The notes under the pieces: model-generated
What the model was told of the DNA's origin: nothing
The model's input: only the letters and a program-made list of their open reading frames with translations
Database searches by the model: none
Source: Syncephalis fuscata S228
Lineage: Eukaryota; Fungi; Zoopagomycota
Reading direction: 5' to 3'
Assembly: GCA_025786725.1 (NCBI GenBank)
Contig: JAHLTZ010000006.1
Span: 496,001-560,000, forward strand
DNA length: 64,000 nucleotides
Part shown: positions 1 through 14,874 of the stretch, piece by piece
Layout: the number at the start of each line of letters is the position of its first letter
Numbering within the stretch: the first letter of the stretch is position 1
Made by a program: the position numbers and the translations under genes

Positions 1-3000
1 ATATTGCCGGCAATGCATCCGGTGCAGCACCAAAAATTGATGTAAAACATGTACAAGCTCAAGTACAAGCACTATCGCTACCAGAATTGGTACGCCAGCG
101 ACACGCTGTTCCCGATATGACTATTGGCTTTGGACACGAAGAATTTTTAGAACGCTATGCGCCAATTATTCGATCATTGCAACTTAACGCGTCGCGTCCA
201 CCACGAGAAAAGATTAATGCATTGGCTATGCTTAATCACTGGGGTGATAATGACATTCGCACGGGTAATCGACGCGTATTTTTATCAGAACCAATTTGGC
301 GACAATTAGAAAACTCGCTAAAACAGCATGAAAAAGGCGAACGTGGCAAAGATCAGTCCACAAAAGCTGATTCGATTAAAGACAGTTCAGCCGGTAATAG
401 TGCTGTAGATGAACATCAGGCTCATAGAAACCGTCAATCAGCCGCTTACAGTAGCACAAGTACTGGATTTAATCCTCATGCCGTAAATACACCTGGTGAT
501 GAAACCAATAGTATACTTAGTGAAGATGGCTACTTTGAAATGCGCAATCATGGTGCTTTTGTGCCGACTATCCGTGGTAATGGCTCTAATAGTGCACGCG
601 GTAGCACCATTGGTGGTGGTAGTGTCCATGGTGGCCGTAATAGCAGATATGATGATGATAGTGCATCAGCCTATGAATCCATCTATCATGGTGGTGCCAA
701 TAATAGTGGTACACGTAGTGAGTCTGGCCGCAATGATCATTTACGCCAAATGTGGGGCGATGATCCAGTTAACAATATGGGCAAGATGAATGACAGTGAA
801 CAAATAGACGAGAAAAATCACGAAGAAGAGGAAGAGGAGGAAGAAGAAGTATCACGTCAGCGTCGTTGCTGGGTCTGCTGTACTTGGGGACTTACCTGGT
901 GGATTCCTACCTGCTGTATATCTTCATGCGGCAGAATGAAGCGTGAAGATATCCAAATGGCCTGGCGTGAAAAAGTTGCCATTTGCATTATTATCTTCTT
1001 TTTCTGTCTTATATCGTGCTGTTTATTGTACTACTACCGTCTATGCTTTGTCCCAAGTCATATGTGTTTTCAACTGAAGAAGTGGGCTATCATCAAGGCC
1101 CTGATGATCTGTTTATGTCGATTTACGGTGTTGTGTATGATGTTAGTATATTTGCACGCAATGGACACGGATCTGTGCAACGAAAGGCATCTAAGGACGA
1201 CATGCTACAATTTGGTGGCCAGGATGTCACGCCATTGTTCCCATTGCCACTGACAGAAGCATGTCCAGGATTGGTTTCAAAGACCTACGTAGAAGTTAAA
1301 GACAATCGTACATTGACCATGAACGCGTTTGTGCATCGATCAGGCGATGATCCTCGAGTAGATGTTACTTCAGATTTACATCAACAAAATTGGTATAAAA
1401 ATCATGTACTTACTACATTAAAGCGTAGCCGAAAAGGTGAAGTGGCATTTGAAACGAAGCAAGTCGCCGATGAAGCGCGTATTAATAATCGCCGTTGGTG
1501 TATCATTGACCAAAATGTTATTGATTTGACATATTACTACGATACGTTAGCGGATCCATCAGCAGCTGCACTTAATCTAACTGAATTTACGTATTTCACA
1601 AAGGCTATTGATCCACTATTCACGGAATACAATGGTCAAGATAATACAAAACGATTCCAGCAACTCAATCCACCCGTGTTCCGTAAAATGGTGCGCAACT
1701 GTATGATGAACGCTTTTAAAGTGGGTGTAGTTGATCAACGACACTCTATTCGATGCCAATTGGCCGACTATCTACTATTGACGACTGCCTGTCTTATAGT
1801 GGCAGTAATTTTTGTTAAATTCTTGGCTGCATTGCAATTAGGAACACGTCGAAATCCTGAAGATCATGACAAATTTGTCATTTGTCAGGTGCCGTGCTAT
1901 ACTGAAGGTGAAGATTCACTACAGCAAGCATTTGAGTCGTTAGCCATGCTTAATTACGACGACAAGCGTAAACTGATCTTTGTTATTGCTGATGGTATGA
2001 TTGTTGGCAGTGGTAATGACCGGCCAACACCACGTATTGTACTTGATTTACTTGGTGTTGATCCAAAATATAACCCGGATCCATTGCCATTTAAGAGTGT
2101 GGGCGAAGGTGCAAATCAGCTTAATTACGGCAAAGTCTACTCTGGTCTATATGAACATGAAGGACATGTTGTACCGTATTTAGTTGTCGTTAAAGTTGGT
2201 CGTCCCACTGAACGTAACCGCCCTGGTAATCGTGGTAAACGTGACTCGCAAATCATTCTAATGCGTTTCCTCAATCGTGTTCATTTCGATCGAGCAATGT
2301 CGCCACTTGAACTTGAAGTATTCCATCAGCTAAAGAATGTTATTGGTGTACATCCAAGCTTCTACGAATACGTTCTTATGGTGGATGCCGATACACAAGT
2401 ATCTACACAATCATTGAATCGACTCATTTCGTGTATGTTGCACGACCAGCGTGTTATGGGTATTTGCGGTGAAACACGCCTGGCTAATGAAGATCTTACT
2501 TGGGCCACTATGATTCAAGTATACGAATACTACATTTCGCATCATATGGCCAAGGCATTTGAATCGCTATTTGGTTCAGTTACTTGTTTGCCTGGTTGTT
2601 TCTGTATGTACCGAGTACGTACACCAGTTAAAAATCGACCACTTATTATTGCCGATGATGTTGTTGACGCGTATAGTGAAAGCCACGTCGATACTTTACA
2701 TAAGAAGAATTTGCTATCACTTGGTGAAGATCGTTATTTAACAACACTAATGTTAAAGCATTTCCCGCAATATAAGATGACATTTACACCAGATGCTACT
2801 TGCGAAACGGCTGCACCGGAGAAATGGTCCATTCTTCTTTCACAACGTCGTCGTTGGATTAATTCAACTATTCACAATCTAGTTGAATTGCTATTCTTGC
2901 AAGATCTGTGCGGTTTTTGCTGCTTCTCTATGCGATTTGTTGTTATGATCGATTTAATTGGTACAGTTCTAATGCCTGCATCGTTAGTCTACATTGGCTA

Positions 3001-4010
3001 TTTGATTTATATGGTGGTTGATGCTAAGAATTCAGGCACACAAGCTGGTACTAGTTTTGTCTCTTTAATTATTCTAGTTGCAGTCTATGGTTTACAAGCG
3101 GTCATTTTTATTTTAAAACGCCAATGGCAACACATTGGTTGGATGATCATTTACTTGTTGGCTATGCCAATATTTTCATTTTTAATTCCAATTTATTCAT
3201 TCTGGCATTTCGATGACTTTTCATGGGGTAATACGCGTGTTGTTGTCGGTGAAAATAAGAAAAAGAAGATTATTACGGTAGGCGAAGACGAGAAGTTTGA
3301 TCCACGCAAAATTCCAATGCGTACTTGGGCCCAATACGAGCAGGAGATGTGGGAGGTTGGCTCTAATGGATCACGCGATTCACGGGTCTCTGGCGCCACT
3401 GGCTACACACACAACAGTCATCATAGTCGGGCTGCATCTCGTGCGGGTGCCGAGTCTCATTATGGCGATATGGGCCAGAAGCGTTTATCGAATCAAATGG
3501 AAACAATGTCGCAAGGTCATCGTGTAAGCTATGCCGCATCAGTTATGAATGGACCAGAGGCCAATGGTTATAGCCATGGCAGTGGTATGCCTGGGGCCGA
3601 TTATCGCATGTCGCAGACTTATTCAGGCCCAATGGGGGGAGATCCAATACACGGCGGTAGCACACCGCACGTCATGGATCCTCGGCAATCGGCCGTTTAT
3701 AATCCAGGCTACGCGCGTAGTGAATACGATCCATCGTCGGGTATGGGCCCGGCCATGGACAGCAGCGGTATGCCGCGTCCTGTTTCAAACTTCGGTACTG
3801 GCAACTTCTCCATGTCTGGCGGTGCTTACGGCCAGCCAAGCGATGAAAAGCTAATGGGTTCTATTCGACACATCCTTGCTACAAGCGATCTTATGACCAT
3901 TACTAAGAAACAAGTACGCGATCAGCTTAGTGCAATGTACGGCGTGGATCTTACACCGCGTAAAGATTTCATTAATAACGCCATTGAAATGGTGCTACAA
4001 GGCCGTCTTT
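1..4010 (+). CDS. Class V/VII chitin synthase (myosin-motor-like N-terminal remnant, cytochrome b5-like domain, GT2 catalytic domain, DEK-C tail); 5' end lies outside the window; apparent 1-nt deletion near 1010
   Basis: ORFs 87..1253 and 983..4012 join across a frameshift (AWREKVAICIIIFFFCL / IVLFIVLLPSMLCPK). Motifs: QVPCYTEG, GNRGKRDSQ, MVDADT, LGEDRYLT, QRRRW, and C-terminal DLMTITKKQVR (DEK-C). Confidence 0.95.
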
Positions 4011-4186
4011 AATTCCAGTAAAGCGACTGGACGGACATTTATAACTTTGTTGGTTAATAAATTTCATTTCCACATTAAACAACATAAGTGTGTAATACGT
4101 ATAAATTACTAGATAATATTTTGTAAACAATAGCAGTTTAATTGATTTACTTTATAACAGTAAAATTTATTATTACAAAAATAAAG

Positions 4187-5133
4187 TTATAAATCCAATT
4201 TGCGATCAAGTTCATCAAGTGCGTTGCGAAGATCGGCAACATCAGCGTTCATTTGCTCATAAGACGAGATATCTGGATTAATATACAAATAAGTAAAGAA
4301 TTATTTAGTTTAGACTACTTACGTTGAATTTGCGGTACTAGTTGTTCATCTTTTAATGGCTCATTATTGGCTAAACTACGTAGCGTCTCAACGCGCTGTT
4401 GGATAACACTAGCAATATCTCGATGTGCTTCTGCCAATTGGTGATGAACCTCGGCAAGTCGACGATGTAGTAGCATTTTCTTTAATAGAATATGTACTTC
4501 TGATTCAATGGCTGTACGTACCCGCGCCGATGCACGTTCACGACTTTCCCTTGCGTGTTGGCGTATCTTTTGCGATGTATTAGTGCTTTCACACACATAT
4601 TCTTCTATATCGGCCGCATCTACGGTCATCATCATTGTATTCGAGATTTCGACATCATTCGATTCAGGCAACCACTCAAATGAAGACTCAGATACAGCGT
4701 CATTATTACGATTGTCATCGTTAATAATAACATTATTCATTATTTCAATGGATCTTTCATTAGCTATATTTGATTAAGCAATTGTTTAATTGTCATTATA
4801 TACATATAATAGTAATATTACACAGCATTAGTACTTACATTGATTTAGCACTTCATCCATAGGAGCATTATTAATTATTTGCCCATTTAAAAAAAGCATT
4901 TCTTGACGATTGGCAACGAGCGTCCAACGAGAACGCTCGACAGTTGCCGATAACCGTTCATTACGGCTTTGTTCAAGCTCGATGTCAACATGGTGAATAC
5001 GTCTATTCAACGAATGAACTTGGCGCTGTAAATAAAGTACATTATGCTGTATCGTTTCTTGTTTTCTTCTAAACACTTCCTCTATCGAAAAGTTTAATGT
5101 AGGTAATACTAAATTAGAACTAGTTGCTGCCAT
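4187..5133 (-). CDS. Hypothetical coiled-coil protein, 3 exons
   Basis: ORFs 4828..5148 and 4315..4740 can be joined by GTAAGT...AG introns to a last exon (HISSYEQMNADVADLRNALDELDRKLDL*). Heptad-rich; no family recognised. Confidence 0.6.
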
Positions 5134-5844
5134 ATCCGATACAAACAAGAAAATGCTATAATTCAGTATAGAACGTCGAAATCAACCAGCTGAACTATTG
5201 AATAATTAATAATTAATAGAATTATAGATTAACACGTAACGTGCTGTCAAGTTGTATATACTAATACCAAGCTACTAGACAAGCAAGAATCATTTGTTTT
5301 AAACGGCAGTTTCATTCTATAAGTGACCGGATATTTTAGAGTATCAATTGCTATCTACATGGTAACGAAGCATTAAATATTAATTACAGTAATAGTGATT
5401 TATTGCTTAATTGCTATGGCTGCTATGCTAATAAAGACATTAGTAATAACAACAACAATAATAATAATTTTGTTATTACTAATATTAATAGTATTAGTAA
5501 AGATGGTAAAATAAAATACATATTTTAGTTTGTAAATCTTAATTCTATTATTATTGTTATTATTATTATTATTATTAATATTAATGATGATGACAATAAT
5601 GATGTCACAAAAACTGTACACCTTTGAAAACTTGCGATTGCTTTCAATGGCATGTGGATGCGTCATCGTTACTTACAAGCCGTCCTTTCGTCTATTCTTT
5701 TCTCTCAATCTTTATCCTCTGCTTTACACTTTTGTTTCAGCGATCACCCTACCTTACTGTAAACACTGAAGACCTAACAAGTACCGCATCACTCTCCTCT
5801 TGCCTACTGTTCTTTGTTTAAAACAAATACACGTAATCGCATCA

Positions 5845-8800
5845 ATGTCGACTGCAGTCAGCTCCAAGATGGATGTCGATAAAACAGAGACAGCCATTGA
5901 CGAGGCATTGTATTCCCGCCAGCTTTATGTTCTTGGACACGATGCGATGCGTCGTATGGGTGCCTCAAACGTGCTTATTGTAGGATTACGCGGTCTTGGC
6001 ATTGAAGTTGCCAAGAACATTGTGTTGGCTGGTGTCAAAAGTGTAACACTCTACGATCCGGAGCCAGTGGCCAAGCTGGACCTATCGACACAGTATTTCC
6101 TGCGTCAGGAAGATATTGGACAGCCAAGAGATAAAGTTTCGGCACCACGTCTAGCCGAACTAAATAACTATGTACCAGTCTCGGTACTTGAAGGAGAATT
6201 AACGTCAGAGGCCATTAAGCCATTTACAGCTGTAGTGGTCACGAATCTGTCGTTGAAACGCCAATTAGAACTAAGTGATTTTGCTCATGCTAATCATATC
6301 TATTACATTGCTACTGAAATCGCCGGTCTATTCGGGTAAGTGCAATTAATGAATAGTATGATGAGCAATGCTAATAATAAGCTATGATTTTATTTACTAT
6401 AAACAGCTATGCTTTTTGCGACTTTGGCGAGTCATTCCAAGTCATCGACCCAACTGGCGAGAATCCATTAAGTGGCATTGTGGCCGCAATTGACCAAGGT
6501 GCCAACGGTGTCGTTACCTGTGTCGACGAGACACGTCACGGCCTTGAGGACGGCGCCTATGTAACGTTTAGTGAGGTTAAAGGCATGGTTCAGCTGAATG
6601 GAGGCGAGCCACGTAAGGTCAAAGTGTTGGGGCCATACACATTTGATATTGGCGACACCTCGTCGTTTGGCGAGTACGAGGGTGGCGGTATTTTTACCGA
6701 GGTCAAAATGCCAGTTATTCATAAGTTTGAGCCATTAAGAGATCAGCTGAAGAAACCAGAGTTTCTTATTTCTGACTTTGCAAAGTTTGATCGTCCAGCT
6801 CAGCTGCATATTGGATTCCAAGCATTACACGCCTTTGCTGCAGCTCATAACGGAGAATTGCCTAAGCCACGTAATGATGCAGATGCTGCAGAATTACTAA
6901 AGCTTGCCAATGAAATTAACACACAATCAATGACCGAAAAAGTTGAACAAATTAATGAAACTTTACTCAAAGAGCTTGCCTATCAAGCACGCGGCGATCT
7001 TGCACCAATGACCGCCTTCTTTGGCGGCCTAGTTGCACAAGAAGTGCTTAAAGCATGCAGCGGCAAATTTACACCTATTAAACAGTACATGTACTTTGAT
7101 GCTCTTGAAGCATTGCCTACCAGTGTACCGCCAACCGAAGCATCTTGCCAGCCTATTGGCTCGCGATATGACGGACAAATTGCCGTATTTGGCCGTGAAT
7201 TCCAAGAAAAGATTGCTAATACACGCGAATTCCTTGCTGGCGCTGGTGCCATTGGTTGTGAGATGCTTAAGAACTGGGCCATGATGGGATTGGCATCTGG
7301 CGAACATGGCCATATCTACGTTACAGATATGGATACCATTGAAAAGTCCAACCTTAATCGACAATTCCTTTTCCGACCCAACGATGTTGGCAAATTAAAG
7401 TCGGCCTGTGCAGGTGAAGCAGTAACAAAGATGAATCCAGATTTGGCTGGTCATATTAGTGCACACCAGAACCGTATCGATGAGAAGACAGAGGATATTT
7501 ATGGCGATAGTTTCTTTGGTAAAATCGATGGTGTTACCAATGCATTGGATAACATTAAGACACGTCAGTATATGGATCGACGATGTGTCTATTATCGTAA
7601 GCCACTATTGGAATCTGGCACGCTTGGTACCAAGGGCAACACTCAGGTAGTTATTCCCTTCCTTACCGAGTCGTATTCTTCTTCGCAAGATCCACCAGAG
7701 AAGTCAATTCCAATGTGCACGCTTAAGAGTTTCCCCAATGCTATTGAACACACAATCCAGGTAAATTAATAGCTAGTAAGTTTATAGAGTTGATATTTAT
7801 TATAATGCAAATATAGTGGGCACGCGATATATTCAGTGCATTATTCGTTCTACCATGTGAAAATGGCAATCTATACCTAACACAGCCCAACTATGTCGAC
7901 ACGGTTATGAAGCAGACAGGCAGTCAGGTAAGTAACTTGTACAGCATATCAACAGCGATTAGTACTAAATACAGCATTAATAGAAAGAAACGCTTGATGG
8001 TGTACTCAAGTATTTATCGACCGAAAAGCCTATTGGTTTTGACGAGTGTGTTGTATGGGCACGTCATCGCTTTGAGGATTATTATAATAATACGATTCGT
8101 CAGCTATTGTATAATTTCCCTAAGGATTCGGTAATATATAATAGCAATAGCAATAATAATAATAATAACAGAACTAATGTTAATTACGTGAATTAATGAT
8201 AGGTTACATCATCAGGTGCAGCATTCTGGTCTGGTCCTAAACGTGCGCCAGATGCCATTGCATTCGATGCTGATAATGTGGGTTATTCATATTAAATACT
8301 AGTACATGAAATAACATATTATCCAGGAACTTCACTTGGACTTTATTATGACAGCAGCCAATTTGCACGCATTCAACTATGGCCTTAAAGGTAATCGCCA
8401 TTTACAATAGTATTTTAACAAGTCTACTAATCACCATATATTGCTTTATATTTGCTAATATACAAATACTATAGGTGAAACCAATCGTGAAAAAATTCGT
8501 AAATTGGCCATAGATGTAATGGTGCCAGAATTCTCGCCCAAGTCTGGTGTCAAGATTCAAGTACAAGAAAACGAAGCAGTAAACGCACAGGCCCTGGTAA
8601 GTTGATATAATATTACTGTGTACTATTTATTTACATGCTATTTATAGATGAAGAGGAACTACAAAACATTATTAATGCTCTACCATCAACCAGTGATCTA
8701 GTTGGATATCGTTTGACACCAGCCGAGTTTGAGAAGGTAAGTGAAATTTTAATTATTCTAATTAAAATATTAATTAAAAGTTACTATTATTAGGACGATG

Positions 8801-9643
8801 ATACAAATTTCCATATTGATTTTATTGCCGCTGCCTCCAATCTACGTGCAACCAACTATGGTATTACACCAGCTGATCGTCATAAGACAAAATTTATTGC
8901 TGGCAAGATTATTCCGGCCATTGCCACAACTACTTCATTGGTCACTGGCCTCGTATGTCTGGAACTTTACAAGGTAAATACCTACCACAAATAAGTGTCA
9001 AACACTAACAATAAACTATTGTAATAATAAATCAATTTATTTAGATCATTGATGGCAAGAATAAGATTGATGACTACAAGAATGGCTTTGTCAATCTGGC
9101 CTTACCATTCTTTGGCTTTTCTGAACCAATTGAAGTGCCCAAACTTAAGGTAATAATACGAGCAACTGTCATTATATCATATTAACATATTTGACTATTA
9201 CACCTAGTATAATGATATTGAATTTAGTCTATGGGACCGATTTGAAATTGAAGGCGATCTTACATTACAACAGATTATTGACTACTTCCAGCAAAAGCAC
9301 CAACTGGAAATTACCATGCTTTCATCGGGCAACTCTATGATCTATTCATTCTTTATGCCTAAAAAGAAGCTTGACGAACGACTTCCTTTCCCGTAAATAT
9401 ACACATATTATATTAATAATAGCCTGCTAACATTAATCTACAGTATTTCTAAAGTAGTTGAGAATGTATCTCGTAAACCAATTCCAAGCCATGTAAAAGC
9501 ACTTGTACTTGAAGTGTGCGTCAACGACAAGGACGGCGAAGATGTCGAGGTGAGTCATGTCATAGCATATCAGTCAGTAGTAGAATATTTAACATGATCT
9601 ATTCTAATAGGTACCATATGTTCAAGTGAAAATCCGACCATAA
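5845..9643 (+). CDS. UBA1: Ubiquitin-activating enzyme E1, multi-exon
   Basis: [43 protein letters not shown], catalytic [24 protein letters not shown] and C-terminal DVEVPYV; canonical introns. Confidence 0.97.
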
Positions 9644-10075
9644 ATCATTAAAATGATTTAAAAAAGATTTATGACAAATAAAGCACTTTTAACAAATGAT
9701 TCTATTAATTAAACCACTTAATGAATTACTATAAATAGAACGGCAATTGCCTTCCTTAACATGTGACAACGATCGTGTATGTCATTAATAATCTCCTTGA
9801 TTTCTAGCAATGCTGTTGTGTTAGAAATCGAATAGAGCATTTAGGAATTTTCTTAGCCTAGTACACCTTATCAACCAACTCTTTATCTTTCTTGTGACTT
9901 ACTTCACCAACCACATACGCGTACATATCTATCTATCTGTTCGCATATCTATCTTTATCTTGATAAAGGCATATCTACGCCATTTGAGTTGTTACACCAG
10001 TAAGGTAGTGGTGGTTTTCTTTCTTTTCTTCTCCTTTCACTTACTGTTCGATTACATTTGGCCAATAACATTATC

Positions 10076-12382
10076 ATGTCGGGTCCATTTGGCATTCCTC
10101 TCGCGATACTTACCGACTCGTACAAGACGACCCATCCCTTTCTGTATCCAGAGGCTGAGCGTGTACGTCACACAATCGAGATACAATTAAAGGATATGCA
10201 TAGACCCTACAGTGGCTTACTAGCTATGCTGCATGTTTATTTGCTTTGCATATACACATACACACACACACACACAGATACTTACACAATTATATCAATT
10301 GATAGATGGTCGCTTATGGCGAGTTTCGATGCGCGTATAATCATGACAAGCACGACCATCGTATTGTTTTTTATGGCATGCGACATATTATAGAACAGTT
10401 GGTGGCAAAGCCATGGACCGAGGCGGATGTACAACGTGCCGACGACTTCTTCCGTACGCACAATGCAGGATTTACGCCTTTTCCATTCCCTAAAGATCTC
10501 TTTCTAAAGGTAAGCTATTTAACTGTCAATACTATATACTAGGTGATTAATAGTAATACAATTATACAATACAATATAACAGTTTATTAAAGAACATCAA
10601 GGTACTTTCCTGTGAAAATTGAAGCATTATCTGAAGGCACGATATGTCATCCACACACTCCTGTATATCAAATAACAACAGCTGGAGTCTATGCACCACT
10701 TGCTACTTTTTTAGAAACAATTCTTACTATGGTCTGGGTAAGTGATGACGTTTGTTTGATGTATTACTGTAATATGACTGACACATAATTGTATCTATCC
10801 ATATATATATATATATATTGATATGTCATTAATAGTATCCTTCAACGGTGGCTACACTTTCGCGTCGTGTACGTGATGTTATTGAAAAAGCCTATGATGA
10901 GACGGTTGACGAGAAAGATTACAACTCGTTAGAAAGGTGAGTTAAGAAAGATTCGTAATTTATTAATCAATTTATTTCTAATCAATGCTATAAGTCGATT
11001 ACATGACTTTGGCTTTCGCGGCTGCACCAGTGTCGAACAAGCAGTAATTGGGGGCGCTGCTCATTTGGTAATATTTATAAATATGTCAATCGGCTTACTG
11101 ATGAATTATAATAGCTTAACTTTCGTGGTACTGATACATTACCAGCCGCTTATCATGTGCAGTATCATTGGAATGAAGGACAGCCTATCGGTACATCCAT
11201 TCCAGCTACTGAACATTCGGTGATGATGTCTTATGCAACCGAAAGAGTAAGTAGCTATTAAAGCAAATAGTTAACTAACCATTAGACGTTGACTAACGCA
11301 ATATGACTAGGAAGCAGTACTGAATATGATTGAAAAATTTGGCACAGGTGCTTTTGCTTGTGTTTTAGATTCTTATGATTATGCACGAGCATTATCGGAA
11401 GTATTGCCATCGATTGCCTCGGAGAAATTGTCCAAAGGTGGCTACATGGTAATACGTCCAGATAGTGGAGATCCCATTGAGGTTGTACTTATGGCATTAA
11501 GGTAATAATGCACACTGTGCAATGGCTATCATAACACAGCAGTTATTTTAATGCATGCTTAGAGCGGGCGAGAGGGTATTTGGTGCTGATGTCAATAGCA
11601 AGGGATATAAGGTAGTAACGCGCGCACGATAGGCAATAAGATTAGCTTATTATATATTCCTCAATGTAATATAGGTACTGCGTGGCTGCGGTGTTATCCA
11701 AGGTGACGCCATTACCTATGAATCGTTACAGCAAATATGCTTGCAGTTAAAGAAGCAGGCTATGCAGCAAATAACGTAGCATTCGGAATGGGTGGCGGTC
11801 TATTACAGGTATAGCTAATTAAACAGCACTTGGCTAATTTAATAATTAAACTTGCTGATTAGCGTATGAATCGTGACACTATGGGATTTGCCACAAAATT
11901 AAGCCATATCGTCTATCCAGATGGCAGTGATCGGTAAGAAAAGATACCTAAATATAAAACGCTATGTATAACAATTTATTATGATAACAGTAATGTTATG
12001 AAAACACCCAAGGAAGCTAGAAGTAAAACGAGTCTTCCTGGTGAATTCTATTTGCAACGTGACGAACAACAGGTAAATGTTGATTAATACAGCTATTGAT
12101 GATGGTTATTTACCAAATATCTATAATTTGATTATAGCATATTAAAGTATTTCCTAAGCCAACTGATCCGGCAACGCCGGTGCCAAGTGCCACTTTGTTT
12201 GAAGTAATTTACGACCACGGTCCTATTCCCGATCGACGCTGGGACACATTTAATGTCGTACGCAATCGAGTGGCCGAAAAATGGCCACTTACACCCAAGC
12301 AACACGATCCCATTAGCAAGCCTTACGTGAGCGTATTGCACGCGTACAGGAATTACAAGAACAAAATCGAACACACGTTTAA
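10076..12382 (+). CDS. NAMPT: Nicotinamide phosphoribosyltransferase (NAMPT/NadV family), multi-exon; apparent 1-nt deletions near 11738 and 12324
   Basis: Spliced translation gives LTDSYK, LHDFGFRG, SIPATEHS, DSYD, IRPDSGDP, VIQGDAI and AFGMGGGLLQ-RMNRDT-GFA, which fit NAMPT better than Npt1. Confidence 0.88.
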
Positions 12383-12815
12383 TAAACAATTATTAATATT
12401 GCTACACCTATAATATTGCTTTTATTAATATGCTTAGAAATAACAATGGAACATGAGTATTTTAATGATTAACGTCATTCGCCACCCGGCTTCGTGTTCA
12501 GTAGAACAAATGGTAATTTAATAGAATCAGCATTGTTGAATTTAGTTATTACTTATAGTATTCAATTATAAGTGTTTTAACAATATCTTTTTATAAATTC
12601 CGCCACTAACCAATATCCATTCTATAATAGAAATAATAATCTAAAATGTTAGCCAATACTGGTATTTACTTGTAATGCATTGCTCATTATAATGTAATGC
12701 CGATAAAATACTATATTGCAGAAGTTTAAAGTGTTAAAGCTCTGTTTGCTATTTAATGAGCTATTTATATTGAATGTTTAAAATATTTAATATTAAATGC
12801 TGTAATGCTCTTTAT

Positions 12816-14874
12816 TTATAGCATATACGCTTCATACTGGCCATCTCTTTTATTAATTCGACCAATAACGGTGTTTGATACACAATATGTAGAAGAAAAG
12901 ATATTTGTATACGTACTTGGAGTTGATAGATGTGCTGGTTCGATTTGTTTTAAAAGTCTATTTTCACTGCTGTCCTCAGTTTGTTCACTAGCAAAACAGG
13001 CTGGTGGATTATAGATGCGACCGGTTTCATGTCAATAAACCAACTTTCTCCATGTTTTTCGTCAAACCTGGCACATAATGGTCCAATAATGGGAGTAAAT
13101 TTTGTATGGAATGGACAAACAATTGAACGTAATAAATTTCCATTCCTAGCATCCAACAGATCGAACGTTAGACGATTTTGAACGACAACCAGCTTTTCAC
13201 TGTATAGTCCTGTAGCCTTATTGCTAGTTACAGGTCGAGTCCATACTATCCGTCCTTGTTCGGACTTATTGATTGGCACTAATTGATCGTACTCTCTAGC
13301 ATCGAATATTGATTGTGATGAATTATTTGATGAATAATTCTCCAGTGCAAATAATGATAGCTGCGCGCTAAATGACTCGTCACGCGTGCCGCCATCTTGG
13401 TTTTTACAACCCATAGGTTAACTAAACACGTCCTTTCTGTATGTGTCTCAACATTAATTGTGGCGTTTGTGTGATACGGAATGGCAACCTGGCCTGATGA
13501 TATCTTCTCGCATTGAAATTGGCCCTTTTGAGCATTAAATAACTCCCATCAAAGATTTAATATTTTTTTCGCTGTCAACAGTATACCGATCTCCACCAGT
13601 ATAATATGCATTAGCGTCTTCGGATTCTAACAAGGTAGCTATCTTCCAGGTTAGCAATTGGCATTGATCGTTGGAAGCAAACTGAACGCAAATGCTTGAA
13701 TAGCATAGGTGCAATAATGGGCCATCTACCCATCGGCTTTCATCTAAATCAAATAAATAAATTTTCTGATCTAGTCCACCATTTCCGGCCTTTAAAAGCA
13801 TCCAGTCGTTATAAACGTCAATTACACAAGGTTTATCGAAACTTGGCATCTCATCATAATAGTCCTAAGATAAATAATCCTGGGAGATGAGTCATCAGCA
13901 ATAGACCATACTACAATAGCTTCTAGATCACAAGTCTTTAAGTTTTTAAATATAAATCACTCGAGACAATATCAGAGTACTCTTTGAAAGACAAATGCTT
14001 TTTAGTTGTATATATTTTACTACAATATGTTTCATAATCAGCCAATTTTCCTAATGTTAATGCCATTAATAAATAATCATTATAATTATTATTTTTGCTA
14101 ACTATTAGCTACCTATTTGATTGCCAGGACACACAGGTCTTAACTCTTCATATGCATTAGTACGCATATACGATACAACAAAACGGTTTGCTGCAAGAAC
14201 AGGGCAAAATAGGCGAAAGTCTTTATATAAAAATGATGGCAAAGAAAGAGTTAGTACTTTATGTCTCAAGCTTTTGTTGTTTTGTTCATTTTTTTTGGTA
14301 AAAATATTATGTTGCACTAGACAAAATTTTGATAATCTCATGCCATGCACCAATGCACACCATGGATTCACGCCTTCTAGTTTTTGAAACCTGGAGTCCT
14401 TAACTCGTATCTTGCATATCCGCTTTTAAATTGGCTTGTCATAAAGTTACGCTCAGTCTGTTGACGTTTATGATAAGCGTAAAACCATTGAGCTGCATTA
14501 AGGTTGAAGGAGGACAGTGAGTTATTAATGGGTGGTACAATTTCATTACTGTCATCATCAGAAATTGTAATGATAGCCGGTAATGAGCGCTTTCGTTTTT
14601 TCTAATTTATATTCGACATGGATTTTTTTAATTTTGTCGTAGTATTGATGTGCTGGCTATAATGTGTAAGCCATTCTTGTTCTCGTCGGTCACCTAGTAA
14701 AAATGTTTGTTTATATTTTCGTTCCCAATGATTAGGCTGATTAATTATTGTCTGGTAAATAAAACGACTGCTGGAGGCAAAAAGTACCAGTTCTTGACCT
14801 TCCATAAAGCGACATAAATACAGTAAAATGTCTTGGTTTTGTCAGAAATGTCCGATATGCATACTTGAAGACAT
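12816..14874 (-). pseudogene. Degenerate F-box protein gene
   Basis: N-terminus MSSSMHIGHF*QNQDILLYLCRFMEGQELVLFASSSRFIYQ...HWERKYKQTF is F-box-like. In-frame stops (TGA 14844-14842, TAG 14604-14602, TAG 14107-14105) and several frameshifts link ORF fragments 14105..14371, 13535..13849 and 12950..13414. Confidence 0.7.

Noticed and set aside
5400-5821. Short ORFs over AAT/ATT microsatellite, and similar intergenic or antisense short ORFs in the track
   Set aside because: Low-complexity or shadow ORFs without coding features.
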